Source: Ilumatobacteraceae bacterium (GTDB taxonomy: Bacteria > Actinomycetota > Acidimicrobiia > Acidimicrobiales > Ilumatobacteraceae). From it: a DNA stretch of 47,936 nucleotides. Positions 31,316 to 41,789 of the stretch are shown here, piece after piece (the first letter of the stretch is position 1; every line of letters begins with the position of its first letter). The stretch spans positions 1 through 47,936 of the forward strand of contig JBJTRF010000104.1 of assembly GCA_046076025.1 (NCBI GenBank), written 5' to 3'. The position numbers were made by a program, and so were the translations under genes. The notes under the pieces were generated by a model. It searched no databases and had not been told where the DNA came from. It saw only the letters and a list, made by a program, of their open reading frames with translations.

Positions 31316-31563
31316 GGGCACCCGTTGGCGTAGCGGGCAACTGCCTCGTCGAGGTCGATGCCCATCTGATTCGCCAGCGTGGCCACCCATGCGACGACAT
31401 CGCCGAACTCGTGCATCTGCTGGTCGCGCGAGCCCTTGCGCACCGCCTGTGCCAGCTCGCCGATCTCCTCGGCCAGCCACGCGACGGTTGCCGCAGTGCC
31501 GCGCGCCCGGTCGCGATCGCCGTAGGTGCGCTCGATCACGTCCTGCAATGCCCGGAAGTCCAC
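31285..31563 (-). CDS. MazG-like nucleotide pyrophosphohydrolase domain protein with a C-terminal Cys cluster
   Basis: 'WLAEEIGELAQAV....EFGDVVAWV' is the MazG EExxE/ExxD helix pair. The tail is 'GCPRCSALPCEC'. Confidence 0.75.
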   Translation of the reverse strand: MDFRALQDVIERTYGDRDRARGTAATVAWLAEEIGELAQAVRKGSRDQQMHEFGDVVAWVATLANQMGIDLDEAVARYANGCPRCSALPCEC

Positions 31564-31590
31564 GGGTGCAGGATGCCAGACCCGCAGGTG

Positions 31591-32622
<1,032 letters not shown>

Positions 32623-32721
32623 ACGGCGACCCATGTGGCTTCCGCTGAGACAGCACCGGAAAGTACGTGCCATGTCAGTGCCGACGTGGTGGCGCGATTC
32701 CGGAGGGCGAGATGGCGCTGC

Positions 32722-33561
32722 TCAGCGGACGGTGGCAACGAGCCACCAGTGGCTCGGGTGCACGCCGTGGAAGGTGGCATCGGTAGATGCCGGCAACCCG
32801 AACGCTCGCCGGCGCGGCGAGCGCCACACCTGCACGTTGAGCAGGCGCGAGCCCACCACCGGCACCACGTCGGCAGGCGACAGGCGATTCGCCTGCCACC
32901 CGAGACGGGCGGCAACGCGCTGGCGGGCGATCACCGGGCCGAGCCGTGGAAGTCGCCACAGGGCGCGCACCAGCGCGCCGGCGGGCCACAGCGCCAGGTC
33001 GGCGGGCACCCACGTGCGGAAGTTCAGCACCACGTGACCGCCCGGCTTCGCGACGCGCAGCGCCTCGCGCGTCAGCGCCAGGGCGTCGCCGCGGTGGCAG
33101 TGCTGGAAGGTGATGTAGCTGAACACCACGTCGGCCGAGTTGTCGGGCAGCGAGAGCGTGCGGCCGTCGGCGACGTGGCTGGTCTGCAGGCGATCGACAC
33201 GCCCGAACTTCGCCACCGTCTCGCGGCAGCGCTCGAGGAAGGCGGCGTCGAGATCGCAGGCCACCACCTTGGCGAACATCCGCGTCAGGCTGGCGGTCAT
33301 GCGGCCGATGCCGCTGCCGATCTCGACGATGCTCTGCGAGTTGAACTCGGTGCCCGGCGACTTCGGGGCGATGAGGCCGAACGCCTCGAAGTAGGCGAGC
33401 GTCTCCTGGTCGCCGGTGCGCACGAACTCGGCCAGCGACAGGTGGTCGTTGCGGTTGTTGAACACCCAGCCGGTCTCGCGCACGACCTCGTCGGCCGATG
33501 ACTCCATCTCCGACGTCTGGCCGGCGGCCTTCCAGGGAACGTGCTGGCGTCGTCGGCTCAT
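32722..33561 (-). CDS. Class I SAM-dependent methyltransferase
   Basis: SAM motif I 'IVEIGSGIGRMT' and motif post-I 'VVACDLD'. The ATG at 33561 is the first Met after the ask stop. Confidence 0.75.
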   Translation of the reverse strand: MSRRRQHVPWKAAGQTSEMESSADEVVRETGWVFNNRNDHLSLAEFVRTGDQETLAYFEAFGLIAPKSPGTEFNSQSIVEIGSGIGRMTASLTRMFAKVVACDLDAAFLERCRETVAKFGRVDRLQTSHVADGRTLSLPDNSADVVFSYITFQHCHRGDALALTREALRVAKPGGHVVLNFRTWVPADLALWPAGALVRALWRLPRLGPVIARQRVAARLGWQANRLSPADVVPVVGSRLLNVQVWRSPRRRAFGLPASTDATFHGVHPSHWWLVATVR

Positions 33562-33598
33562 CGGTGGACAGTGTGGCAGGCGACGGGCAACCGGGGGG

Positions 33599-34849
33599 TC
33601 ACTTCCGCTCGGGGAGCGGCGCCGAATAGGCCTGGCCCGAGTCGAGGCCGAACGCCGAGTGCAGCGCACGCGACGCCTTCTCGAGATCGGCCACCGAGGT
33701 CACCACGCTGATGCGGATGGTGGACGTGCTGATCATCTCGATGTTCACGTCCGCATCGGCAAGCACGCGGAACATCTTGGCGGCGATGCCAGGGCTGGTC
33801 TTCATACCCGCCCCGACAAGGCTGATCTTGGCGATGTTCGAGTCGGTGCTGACACCAGATGCCTTGATGTCGGCAGCGATCCGCTGGACGATCGACTCTG
33901 CGGTGCCCAAGTCGGCCTTCGGCACCGTGAAGCTGATGTCGGTGGTGCCCTGATGACCGGTGTTCTGCACGATCATGTCGACGTTGATGTTTGCCTGCGC
34001 CAGCGGCTCGAAGAGGGTGGCCGAGATGCCCGGCCGGTCGGGCACGGCGACGATCGTCACCTTTGCCTCGCTGATGTCGGTGACCACGCCGGAGATGATC
34101 GGGTCTTCCATGCTGCGCTCCTGTGAGGTGACCCACGTGCCGAGCTCCCAGGTAAAGCTCGAGCGAACGTGGAGAGGGACATTGTGGTTGCGAGCGAACT
34201 CGACGCTGCGCAGCGCGAGCACCTTGCTGCCGGCACCCGCCATCTCGAGCATCTCGTCGAAGTTCACGTGTGCCAGCTTGCGCGCCTGCGGCACGATGCG
34301 CGGATCGGCAGTGAAGACGCCGGTGACGTCGGTGTAGATCTCGCACGAGTCGGCGGCCAGTGCGGCAGCGAGGGCGACCGCCGTGGTGTCGCTGCCGCCG
34401 CGGCCGAGCGTGGTGATCTCGTGGTCGGTGCTGATGCCCTGGAAACCGGCGACGACGCACACCTTGCCCTCGCGCAGCGCATCGCGCACGCGGTCGCCCT
34501 TCACCTCGAGGATCTTGGCCTTGGTGTGCACCGTGTCGGTGACGATGCCCACCTGGCTGCCGGTGAAGCTGACGGCATCGATGCCCTGGTCGGCGAGCGC
34601 CATGCACAGCAGCGCCATGCTGATGCGCTCGCCCGTAGTGAGCAGCATGTCCAGCTCGCGGCCGGGTTGGGTGCGGCTGACCTCGTTGGCGAGCTTAATG
34701 AGGTTGTCGGTGGTCTTGCCCATCGCGCTCACGACCACCACCACGTCGTTGCCGGCACGGCGCGTGAACGTGACATGCTCGGCGACCGCACGCATGCGAT
34801 CGGGATCGGCAACCGAGGTGCCGCCGTACTTCTGGACGATCAGGGCCAC
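33599..34849 (-). CDS. ask: Aspartate kinase
   Basis: 'VQKYGGTSV', '[10 protein letters not shown]' and 'LGRGGSD', with two C-terminal ACT-like repeats. Confidence 0.93.
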   Translation of the reverse strand: MALIVQKYGGTSVADPDRMRAVAEHVTFTRRAGNDVVVVVSAMGKTTDNLIKLANEVSRTQPGRELDMLLTTGERISMALLCMALADQGIDAVSFTGSQVGIVTDTVHTKAKILEVKGDRVRDALREGKVCVVAGFQGISTDHEITTLGRGGSDTTAVALAAALAADSCEIYTDVTGVFTADPRIVPQARKLAHVNFDEMLEMAGAGSKVLALRSVEFARNHNVPLHVRSSFTWELGTWVTSQERSMEDPIISGVVTDISEAKVTIVAVPDRPGISATLFEPLAQANINVDMIVQNTGHQGTTDISFTVPKADLGTAESIVQRIAADIKASGVSTDSNIAKISLVGAGMKTSPGIAAKMFRVLADADVNIEMISTSTIRISVVTSVADLEKASRALHSAFGLDSGQAYSAPLPERK

Positions 34850-34930
34850 TAATGAGACAGGCTACTGACCGACGGGCACCGCGCCTGCCGTCGGCGGGGT
34901 CGCATGGCGGGGCCGCGCCGCCGGCATCTG

Positions 34931-34936
34931 TAACGT
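34931..34936 (+). promoter_or_regulatory. -10 hexamer TAACGT, 6 nt before the GTG at 34943 (leaderless geometry)
   Basis: TAACGT at 34931-34936, spacer cgcacc, GTG at 34943. Confidence 0.45.
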
Positions 34937-34942
34937 CGCACC

Positions 34943-36133
34943 GTGCTGCGACGGGCGTTGGGTGATGGATTCCCGGAGGATGTCGGGCGCCACATCACCC
35001 TGCTCACCCTGGCCCGCACCGCCGCCAATGGCTGCTTTCGGTTCGCTCCCCCGTTCCTCGCCACGATGGCCTCGGGCCTCGACGTGTCGCTCGACACCAT
35101 CGGCATCGCCGTCGCCGTCAGCGAGCTGTCGGGCCTGATGTCGCCGCTCACCGGATCCGTCGCCGAGCGGTTCCACCGACGCACTGCGATGGCTGCCGGG
35201 CTCACCTCGGTGGGCGTCGCCGCGGTGATCGCCGCATCGGCGCCGAATGTCGTCGTGCTGGCCATTGCGCTGGTGCTGCTGAACCAGAGCAAGGTGCTCT
35301 TCGACCTCGGCCTCGGCGCATGGGTGAGCGACCGCGTCGCCTACGAGCGGCGCGGCCGGGTGATCGGCCTCACCGAGACCTCGTGGGCGGGCGGCCTACT
35401 GCTCGGCGTCTCGACGATGGGCCTCATCACCGCCGCCACCAACTGGCGCGTCGGCTATGCGGTCGGCGCGGCGGCAGTGGTGATCATGGCATCGCTGGTG
35501 CGGGCTCGGATCGAGGATGATCCCGAGGGGCACCAGCATGCGCGCCGCACGCGCGAGCGAGTCCGGCTGCCGCGCATCGTCTTCATCGTCGCCGGCGGGA
35601 CGCTGTGCCTGATGGCCGCCAGCCAGATGCTGTTCGTCACCTTCGGCTCGTGGCTGCGCGACGAGTTCGGCTTCTCCGACTCGGGCGTGGCGGCGCTGTC
35701 GTTCGGACTCGGGTTCGGCGAGGTGCTCTCGGCATTGGCGTCGTCGCGGCTCGCCGACCGGTGGCGCAAGGAACGCGCAGGAGCAGTCGGCGCCGCGGTC
35801 ATGGTGCCCGCCGCGCTGCTGCTGGCCCTCAGCAGCGACTCGATGCTCATCGGCATCCCGCTGCTGATCCTCGCCATCGCCGCCTTCGAGTTCGCCGTGG
35901 TCAGCATCATCCCGCTCGGCACGATGGTGGTGCCCGGCGCGCCCGCACTGGGCATGAGCGTGATGCTGGCGTGCGGCACCCTCGGTCGCGCCCTCGCCAG
36001 CATCCCCGCCACGCGCCTGTACGTCGACAGCGGGATCACGTGGCCGGCGGTGCTGTGCGCGGCGCTGTGCTTCGGCACGATGGCCAGCATGTGGCGGGTC
36101 GATCGCTGGCATCACCGCACCAGCGGCACCTAA
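34943..36133 (+). CDS. MFS transporter
   Basis: About 12 hydrophobic segments in a 6+6 arrangement around a basic central loop ('RIEDDPEGHQHARRTRERVR'). Confidence 0.8.
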   Translation: MLRRALGDGFPEDVGRHITLLTLARTAANGCFRFAPPFLATMASGLDVSLDTIGIAVAVSELSGLMSPLTGSVAERFHRRTAMAAGLTSVGVAAVIAASAPNVVVLAIALVLLNQSKVLFDLGLGAWVSDRVAYERRGRVIGLTETSWAGGLLLGVSTMGLITAATNWRVGYAVGAAAVVIMASLVRARIEDDPEGHQHARRTRERVRLPRIVFIVAGGTLCLMAASQMLFVTFGSWLRDEFGFSDSGVAALSFGLGFGEVLSALASSRLADRWRKERAGAVGAAVMVPAALLLALSSDSMLIGIPLLILAIAAFEFAVVSIIPLGTMVVPGAPALGMSVMLACGTLGRALASIPATRLYVDSGITWPAVLCAALCFGTMASMWRVDRWHHRTSGT

Positions 36134-36184
36134 GCCGCGTCAACGGCCGAGGGCAACTGCAGCGGTCGTCGTGGCCCCGGCGGG

Positions 36185-37903
36185 TCAGCGATAGCCGTTG
36201 GTGATCGGCAGGCGGCGGTCCTTGCCGAAGGCACGCGGCGTCACGCGCACCCCGGGCGGGCACTGGCGACGCTTGTACTCGGCCAGGTCGACGAGGCGGC
36301 ACACGCGCTGCACGTCGGCCTGGTCGAAGCCCATCGCCACGATCTCGGCGGGCGTGCGGTCGTGCTCGACGTAGGCGGCGATGATGGGATCGAGCACCTC
36401 GTAGGGCGGCAGGCTCTGGTCGTCGCGCTGGTCGGGCCGCAGCTCGGCCGACGGCGGCTTGGTGAGCACGCTCTCGCTCACCACCTGCCGGCCGTGGCGG
36501 CGGTTCACATAGCGGCACAGGTCGTAGACCCGGGTCTTCAGCACGTCCTTGATGACCGCAAAGCCGCCGGCCGAGTCGCCGTAGAGGGTGAAGTAGCCCA
36601 CCGCCACCTCGCTCTTGTTGCCGGTCGTGAGCACCAGCCACCCGAACTTGTTGCTGAGCGCCATCAGGGTGACGCCGCGGATGCGGCTCTGCAGGTTCTC
36701 CTCGGTGAGGTCGGCCGTCCGCCCCTCGAACGACGGGGCCAGCATGTCGGTAAGCGCCGCGAAGGCTGGCTCGATGGGAATCGTGCGGCAGTCGATGCCG
36801 AGCGCGGCGGCGAGCTGCTCGGCATCGGTACGCGAGCCGTCGCTGCTGTAACGCGAGGGCATGCTGACCCCGTGCACTCGCTCGGGCCCAAGCGCATCGA
36901 CGGCGACGCACGCCACCAGGGTGCTGTCGATGCCGCCCGACAGCCCGATGACGACATCGGTGAAGCCGTTGCGCGTGACGTAGTCGCGAGTGCCCAGCAC
37001 GAGTGCCTCGTACAGCTCGGCATCGGGGTGTAGCACCGGCTCGACATGCGGCTCGGTGATCGGCGGGCCATCGGCACGAGGCACGTCGGACACGTGCACG
37101 AGCGACATGGGAATCGCGGCGCGCCTATCGCGAGGGTCGAGCAGCCGCTGCCGGTAGACGGGCTCGATGTCGAGGTCGACGACGGCGAAGTCCTCGGAGA
37201 ACTGCGGTGAGCGCGCCACGAGCGTGCCGTCGGCATCGAACACCATGCTGCCGCCGTCGAAGACCAGTTCGTCCTGGCCACATGACTGGTTGACGTACAC
37301 GAGAGCACACTGCGCGTCGGCGGCACGGGTGGCGAGCATCCGCTCGCGCACCGAGAGCTTGCCCATGTGGAACGGCGAGCCGTTGATGTTGACGTTCAAC
37401 TCGGCACCGGCAGCTGCCTGCTCGGCAATGGGTCCGGTGGGGCTCCAGACGTCCTCGCAGATGCTGATGCCCACCTTCACGCCGCCGATCACGTACAGCT
37501 CGTACGGGTCGGTGTCGGCGCCCGGGGTGAAGTAGCGAGCCTCGTCGAACACCGCGTAGTTGGGCAGCAGGCGCTTGCGGTAGGTGCCGAGCACGCGGCC
37601 GCCGGCGCAGACCGCCGCTGCGTTGTAGAGGTCGCGGTCGGCGGCCACGTAGCCGACCACCGCGACGCAGCGGCCGGTCGCCGCCGCCACCTCGTCGAGG
37701 GCAGCGAGGTTGTCGGCCACGAAGCCGGGGCGCAGCACGAGGTCCTCGGGCGGGTAGCCCGTGATCGCCAGTTCGGGGAAGGCCACGATGTCGCAGCCCG
37801 CCGCCTCGGCCCGCTCGTAGGCGGCACGCAGGGCAGCCGCGTTGCCGGCGATGTCGCCCACGCGCGGCCGCATCTGGGCCAGGGCGATCCGCAGCCGAGT
37901 CAC
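36185..37903 (-). CDS. nadE: Glutamine-dependent NAD+ synthetase
   Basis: N-terminal nitrilase/CN-hydrolase domain ('AFPELAITGYPPEDL', 'ICEDVW') plus a C-terminal PP-loop 'GLSGGIDS'. Confidence 0.93.
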   Translation of the reverse strand: MTRLRIALAQMRPRVGDIAGNAAALRAAYERAEAAGCDIVAFPELAITGYPPEDLVLRPGFVADNLAALDEVAAATGRCVAVVGYVAADRDLYNAAAVCAGGRVLGTYRKRLLPNYAVFDEARYFTPGADTDPYELYVIGGVKVGISICEDVWSPTGPIAEQAAAGAELNVNINGSPFHMGKLSVRERMLATRAADAQCALVYVNQSCGQDELVFDGGSMVFDADGTLVARSPQFSEDFAVVDLDIEPVYRQRLLDPRDRRAAIPMSLVHVSDVPRADGPPITEPHVEPVLHPDAELYEALVLGTRDYVTRNGFTDVVIGLSGGIDSTLVACVAVDALGPERVHGVSMPSRYSSDGSRTDAEQLAAALGIDCRTIPIEPAFAALTDMLAPSFEGRTADLTEENLQSRIRGVTLMALSNKFGWLVLTTGNKSEVAVGYFTLYGDSAGGFAVIKDVLKTRVYDLCRYVNRRHGRQVVSESVLTKPPSAELRPDQRDDQSLPPYEVLDPIIAAYVEHDRTPAEIVAMGFDQADVQRVCRLVDLAEYKRRQCPPGVRVTPRAFGKDRRLPITNGYR

Positions 37904-37909
37904 CCTGTC

Positions 37910-37915
37910 AGGCTA
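37910..37915 (-). promoter_or_regulatory. -10 hexamer TAGCCT (minus strand), 6 nt before the nadE GTG (leaderless geometry)
   Basis: Minus-strand TAGCCT corresponds to plus-strand aggcta at 37910-37915. The spacer is 37904-37909 and the GTG ends at 37903. Confidence 0.45.
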
Positions 37916-37968
37916 ATGCCCGGTTCCCGGCTCCGACCCTGGTGCCGCCGCACGGCGGAGTCGTCCGG

Positions 37969-38006
37969 TTCACACGCCGTTCACATTCGGGCAACGGCAG
38001 CGAAAC
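37969..38006. promoter_or_regulatory. Candidate GlnR operator: TTCAC-n6-TTCAC-n6-GCAAC-n6-GAAAC
   Basis: Four xxxAC pentamers at 37969-73, 37980-84, 37991-95 and 38002-06, each spacer exactly 6 nt. The last pentamer ends 57 nt before the glnII start at 38064, and the site sits in the divergent nadE/glnII intergenic region. Confidence 0.5.
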
Positions 38007-38063
38007 GGCATTGGGGCAGGATGCGATGTCCGCATTCAACGACCACAGAAGGAACCCCAGCCC

Positions 38064-39077
38064 GTGGCCTATCAAGCCGAGTACATCTGGATCGACGGCA
38101 CGCAGCCGACCGCCCTCCTCCGATCGAAGACGAAGATCCTCGCCGACGGCAAGGAGCCGCCGGTGTGGGGCTTCGACGGATCGTCCACCAACCAGGCGCC
38201 CGGCGACAAGAGCGACTGCATGCTCAAGCCGGTCTTCTCGTGCCCCGACCCGGTTCGTGGCCGCGACAACATCCTCGTGCTGTGCGAGGTCGACAACGCC
38301 CGCGACGGCAAGCCGCATCCCACCAACACCCGTGCCGCGTGCGCCAAGTCGGCGAAGAAGTTCGCCAAGCACGAGATGATCTTCGGCATCGAGCAGGAGT
38401 ACACCCTGTTGAAGCCCGATGGCACGCCGCTCGGCTTCCCCGACGGCGGGTTCCCCGGCCCGCAGGGCCCGTACTACTGCGGCGTCGGCACCGGCCGCGT
38501 CGTGGCCCGCGACCTGATCGAGGAGCACACACAGGCGTGCATCGACGCCGGCCTGCTCATCGAGGGCACCAACGCCGAGGTGATGCCCGGCCAGTGGGAG
38601 TACCAGATCGGCGCCGCCGACGCACTCACCGTGAGCGACCACCTCATCGTCGCCCGCTGGCTGCTGCACCGCATCGCCGAGGACTACAACATCGTCGTGT
38701 CGCTCGCCGCCAAGCCGCAGAAGGGCGACTGGAACGGCGCCGGTGCGCACACCAACTTCTCGACGAAGACCATGCGCGAGGACACCAACATGAAGGCCAT
38801 CAAGGCCGCATGCGATGCCCTCAGCAAGAAGGTGATGCTGCACGTGTCGAACTACGGCGACGACATCGAGAGCCGCCTCACTGGCGCCCACGAGACGGCC
38901 CCGTACGACAAGTTCAGCTTCGGCGTGTCGAACCGCGGTGCGAGCATCCGTATCCCGTGGCAGGTCGAGCTCGCCGGCCGCGGCTACGCCGAGGACCGCC
39001 GCCCGAACGCGAACATGGACCCTTACGTCGTGACGCGGCTGCTCATCGAGACCGTCTGCGGGGCAGCCGAGCGCTGA
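38064..39077 (+). CDS. glnII: Glutamine synthetase type II (eukaryote-like GSII)
   Basis: 337 aa. N-terminus 'AEYIWIDG' and 'WGFDGSSTNQA'. GAAGGA lies at 38048-38053, before the GTG at 38064. Confidence 0.9.
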   Translation: MAYQAEYIWIDGTQPTALLRSKTKILADGKEPPVWGFDGSSTNQAPGDKSDCMLKPVFSCPDPVRGRDNILVLCEVDNARDGKPHPTNTRAACAKSAKKFAKHEMIFGIEQEYTLLKPDGTPLGFPDGGFPGPQGPYYCGVGTGRVVARDLIEEHTQACIDAGLLIEGTNAEVMPGQWEYQIGAADALTVSDHLIVARWLLHRIAEDYNIVVSLAAKPQKGDWNGAGAHTNFSTKTMREDTNMKAIKAACDALSKKVMLHVSNYGDDIESRLTGAHETAPYDKFSFGVSNRGASIRIPWQVELAGRGYAEDRRPNANMDPYVVTRLLIETVCGAAER

Positions 39078-39082
39078 TCCCG

Positions 39083-39103
39083 GTGCCGCCCGGGCGGCGG
39101 CAC
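39083..39103 (+). terminator. Hairpin GTGCCGCC-cgggc-GGCGGCAC, 5 nt after the glnII stop
   Basis: 8-bp perfect GC-rich stem. No U-tract. Confidence 0.35.
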
Positions 39104-39256
39104 GCAGACCAGAGAGTCCAGCGCGAGCCGGGGGCCGGGATGTCCGGTCCCCGGCTCCCGTTTTCGCCACGGTCCCGCCGCTGGCACACTTGACCATCTC
39201 CCCCGGGGCGAGACACACGCCTGCGCCACGGGGGACCGGCACCACCGAGGAGCGCC

Positions 39257-40594
39257 ATGCTCGACCAACAACGCGACTACGTGCTGCGCACCGTCGAGGA
39301 GCGCGGCGTGCGCCTCGTGCGGCTGTGGTTCACCGACGTGCTCGGCAGCCTGAAGAGCTTTGCCATCAGCCCGGCAGAGCTCGAGAATGCCCTCGACGAC
39401 GGCATGACCTTCGACGGCTCGTCGATCGACGGGTTCAGCCGCATCCAGGAGGCCGACGTCCTCGCCGTGCCCGACGCCAACACTTTCGAAGTGCTGCCCT
39501 GGAGCGACCCGAAGGGCGTCGAGGCCCGCGTGTTCTGCGACATCCACAACCTCGACGGCACGCCGTTCGAGGGCGACCCGCGCCAGGTGCTGCGCCGCAA
39601 CCTGCAGCGGGCCCGCGAGCGCGGCTTCACGATGATGGTGGCGCCCGACGTCGAGTTCGTATACTTCGCCCTGCCCGAGCGCGGCCACGGGCCTGTGCCG
39701 CTCGACGAGGGCGGCTTCTTCGACCTCACCACCACCGACATGTCGGGCTCGCTGCGCAAGGAGACCATCCGCACGCTCGAGACCCTGGGCATCCCGGTCG
39801 AGTACTCGTTCCACGAGGACTCGCCCAGCCAGCACGAGATCGACCTGCGCCACACCGACGCGCTCACCATGGCCGACAGCTTCATGACGTTCCGGCTCGT
39901 GGTGAAGGAAGTGGCCGCCAAGCAGGGCGTGCACGCCACGTTCATGCCCAAGCCGCTCGAGGGCGTACAGGGCAGCGGCATGCACCTGCACCTCAGCCTC
40001 TTCGACGGCGACAACAACGCCTTCTACGACGGCACCGACCCGTACAGCCTGTCGGCGGCAGCGAAGTCATTCATCGCCGGACTGCTGCACCACGCCGCCG
40101 AGATCACCGCCATCACCAACCAGACGGTCAACAGCTACAAGCGGCTGGTGCCCGGGTTCGAGGCACCGGTGCACGTGTCGTGGGCGCGCAACAACCGCAG
40201 CGGGCTGATCCGCGTGCCGGTGCCCAAGCGCGGCAACCCGAGTGCCACCCGCATCGAGTACCGCTCACCCGATCCGGCATGCAACCCGTACCTTGCGTTC
40301 AGCGTGCTGCTCGCCGCCGGGATGCGCGGCATCGAGGAGGGCTACGAGCTGCCGGCCGAGGCCGACTCGAACCTGTTCGAGATGGACGATGCGGCCCTGG
40401 TGAAGCTGGGCATCGACACGCTCCCACAGTCGCTCTCCGACTCGCTGCGCATGATGGAGCAGAGCGACCTGGTGCGCGAGGCCCTCGGCGAGCACATCTT
40501 CGAGTGGTTCCTGCGCAACAAGCGCAGCGAGTGGCGCGCCTACAAGACCCACGTCAGCCAGTTCGAGATCGACAGGTACCTGCGGGCGCTGTGA
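39257..40594 (+). CDS. glnA: Glutamine synthetase type I (GlnA2-like, 445 aa)
   Basis: 'VRLWFTDVLG', 'FDGSSIDGF' and 'FMPKPLEGVQGSGMHLHLSLF'. GAGGAG lies 5 nt before the ATG at 39257. Confidence 0.9.
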   Translation: MLDQQRDYVLRTVEERGVRLVRLWFTDVLGSLKSFAISPAELENALDDGMTFDGSSIDGFSRIQEADVLAVPDANTFEVLPWSDPKGVEARVFCDIHNLDGTPFEGDPRQVLRRNLQRARERGFTMMVAPDVEFVYFALPERGHGPVPLDEGGFFDLTTTDMSGSLRKETIRTLETLGIPVEYSFHEDSPSQHEIDLRHTDALTMADSFMTFRLVVKEVAAKQGVHATFMPKPLEGVQGSGMHLHLSLFDGDNNAFYDGTDPYSLSAAAKSFIAGLLHHAAEITAITNQTVNSYKRLVPGFEAPVHVSWARNNRSGLIRVPVPKRGNPSATRIEYRSPDPACNPYLAFSVLLAAGMRGIEEGYELPAEADSNLFEMDDAALVKLGIDTLPQSLSDSLRMMEQSDLVREALGEHIFEWFLRNKRSEWRAYKTHVSQFEIDRYLRAL

Positions 40595-41271
40595 TGGACC
40601 TCGTCGTCGCCTATCCCGAGACCGTGCCGCCCGAGCTGGCGCGCACCCTCGACCTCTCGGGCATCGCCTGGAAGGCCGTGGGCTCGGTCGACGACATGCA
40701 CGGCCACGAGCCCGCCGACGGATGGGCCGCTGCCGTGATCGCCTGCGACGGCGACCCCGACGGCGCATGGTCGATGTGCAGGGCGCTGCGCCGCCGCGAG
40801 TCGGGCCACACCCCGGTGCTCGTGCTGGTGACGGGTGCCCAGATGCCCGACCTCGCCACGCGCCACGAGCTGTTCGACGACTTCTGCCTCACGCCGTTCC
40901 ACCCCACCGAGCTCGAGGCCCGGCTGCGCCACCTGATGCGCCGTGCCGGTGCCCCCGACTCGGGCGAGCGCGTCGAGCACAGCGGCTTGCTGCTGAACCT
41001 CGAGACCTACCAGGCCAGCATCGACGGCCGGCCGCTCGACCTCACCTACATGGAGTACGAGCTGCTGAAGTACCTCGCCCAGAATCCCGGACGCGTGTGC
41101 ACCCGCGAGATGCTGCTGAGCAGGGTGTGGGGCTACGAGTACTACGGCGGTGCACGGACCGTCGACGTGCACGTGCGGCGGCTGCGCGCCAAGCTCGGCG
41201 AGGAGCACGCCAACCTCATCCAGACCGTGCGGAGCGTCGGCTACCGCTTCGGTCTCGCCAAGTGGGGCTGA
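40594..41271 (+). CDS. glnR: GlnR-like OmpR-family regulator with an atypical receiver domain
   Basis: The ATG at 40594 shares its A with the glnA TGA. The C-terminal winged helix is 'LDLTYMEYELLKYLAQNPGRVCTREMLLSRVWGYEYYGGARTVDVHVRRLRAKL'. The receiver lacks the N-terminal acidic pair and has 'LTPF' where canonical receivers have 'KPF'. Confidence 0.75.
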   Translation: MDLVVAYPETVPPELARTLDLSGIAWKAVGSVDDMHGHEPADGWAAAVIACDGDPDGAWSMCRALRRRESGHTPVLVLVTGAQMPDLATRHELFDDFCLTPFHPTELEARLRHLMRRAGAPDSGERVEHSGLLLNLETYQASIDGRPLDLTYMEYELLKYLAQNPGRVCTREMLLSRVWGYEYYGGARTVDVHVRRLRAKLGEEHANLIQTVRSVGYRFGLAKWG

Positions 41272-41281
41272 GCCCCTCGGC

Positions 41282-41701
41282 TCAGAACCAGCCCTTCTGG
41301 CCCACCATGTAGGTGCGGTGGAACTCGGCATCCGTCTTGGTGAGGGAGATGATTCCCTCGACCAGGCCGATCACGCCGAACACCACGCCGGCGATACCGC
41401 ACGTGAAGATGGTGACGAGGAGCATGATCAGCCCCTCCTTGGTATAGCCGAGCACGAACTTGTGGATGCCGAATGCGCCGAGCAGGATGCCGCAGATGCC
41501 CGCTGCGAGCTTCTTGCCGCTGACATCTGCCGGCAGGGCTCCGTATGCGCCGCCCATCGGCCCCCCGTAGGACGGAATGCCGCCCATGCCGCCAGGCGGC
41601 GGGGGCGGCGGCACCGCACCCGCCGACGCAACGGTGGGCTCACCGCACGACGGGCAGTTCGGGGCTCCTGCTGTTGGCGTGCCGCAGCGACCGCAGTACA
41701 T
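41282..41701 (-). CDS. TM2 domain membrane protein with an N-terminal zinc ribbon
   Basis: 'CGRCG...CPSCG', a Pro/Gly linker and a TM2 core 'GILLGAFGIHKFVLGYTKEG'. GAGGAGG lies 4 nt before the ATG. Confidence 0.8.
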   Translation of the reverse strand: MYCGRCGTPTAGAPNCPSCGEPTVASAGAVPPPPPPGGMGGIPSYGGPMGGAYGALPADVSGKKLAAGICGILLGAFGIHKFVLGYTKEGLIMLLVTIFTCGIAGVVFGVIGLVEGIISLTKTDAEFHRTYMVGQKGWF

Positions 41702-41789
41702 CGTGCCTCCTCATTGCGGACTCGCGCCGGTCGAGTCCCCGCTGGTCACAGCCTGCCACGGCCAGAACCATGCGACGGACACCCGCCGC

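Noticed and set aside
34850-34942. Lysine (L-box) riboswitch or attenuator upstream of aspartate kinase.
   Set aside because: The 93-nt divergent spacer holds two near-start -10 hexamers (ask and MFS). It lacks the length and the conserved L-box helices.
39104-39256. GlnR box upstream of glnA.
   Set aside because: Only one weak pair (CACAC-n6-GCCAC) was found. There is no four-site phasing and no GaAAC-like b-site, so it is not distinguishable from chance.
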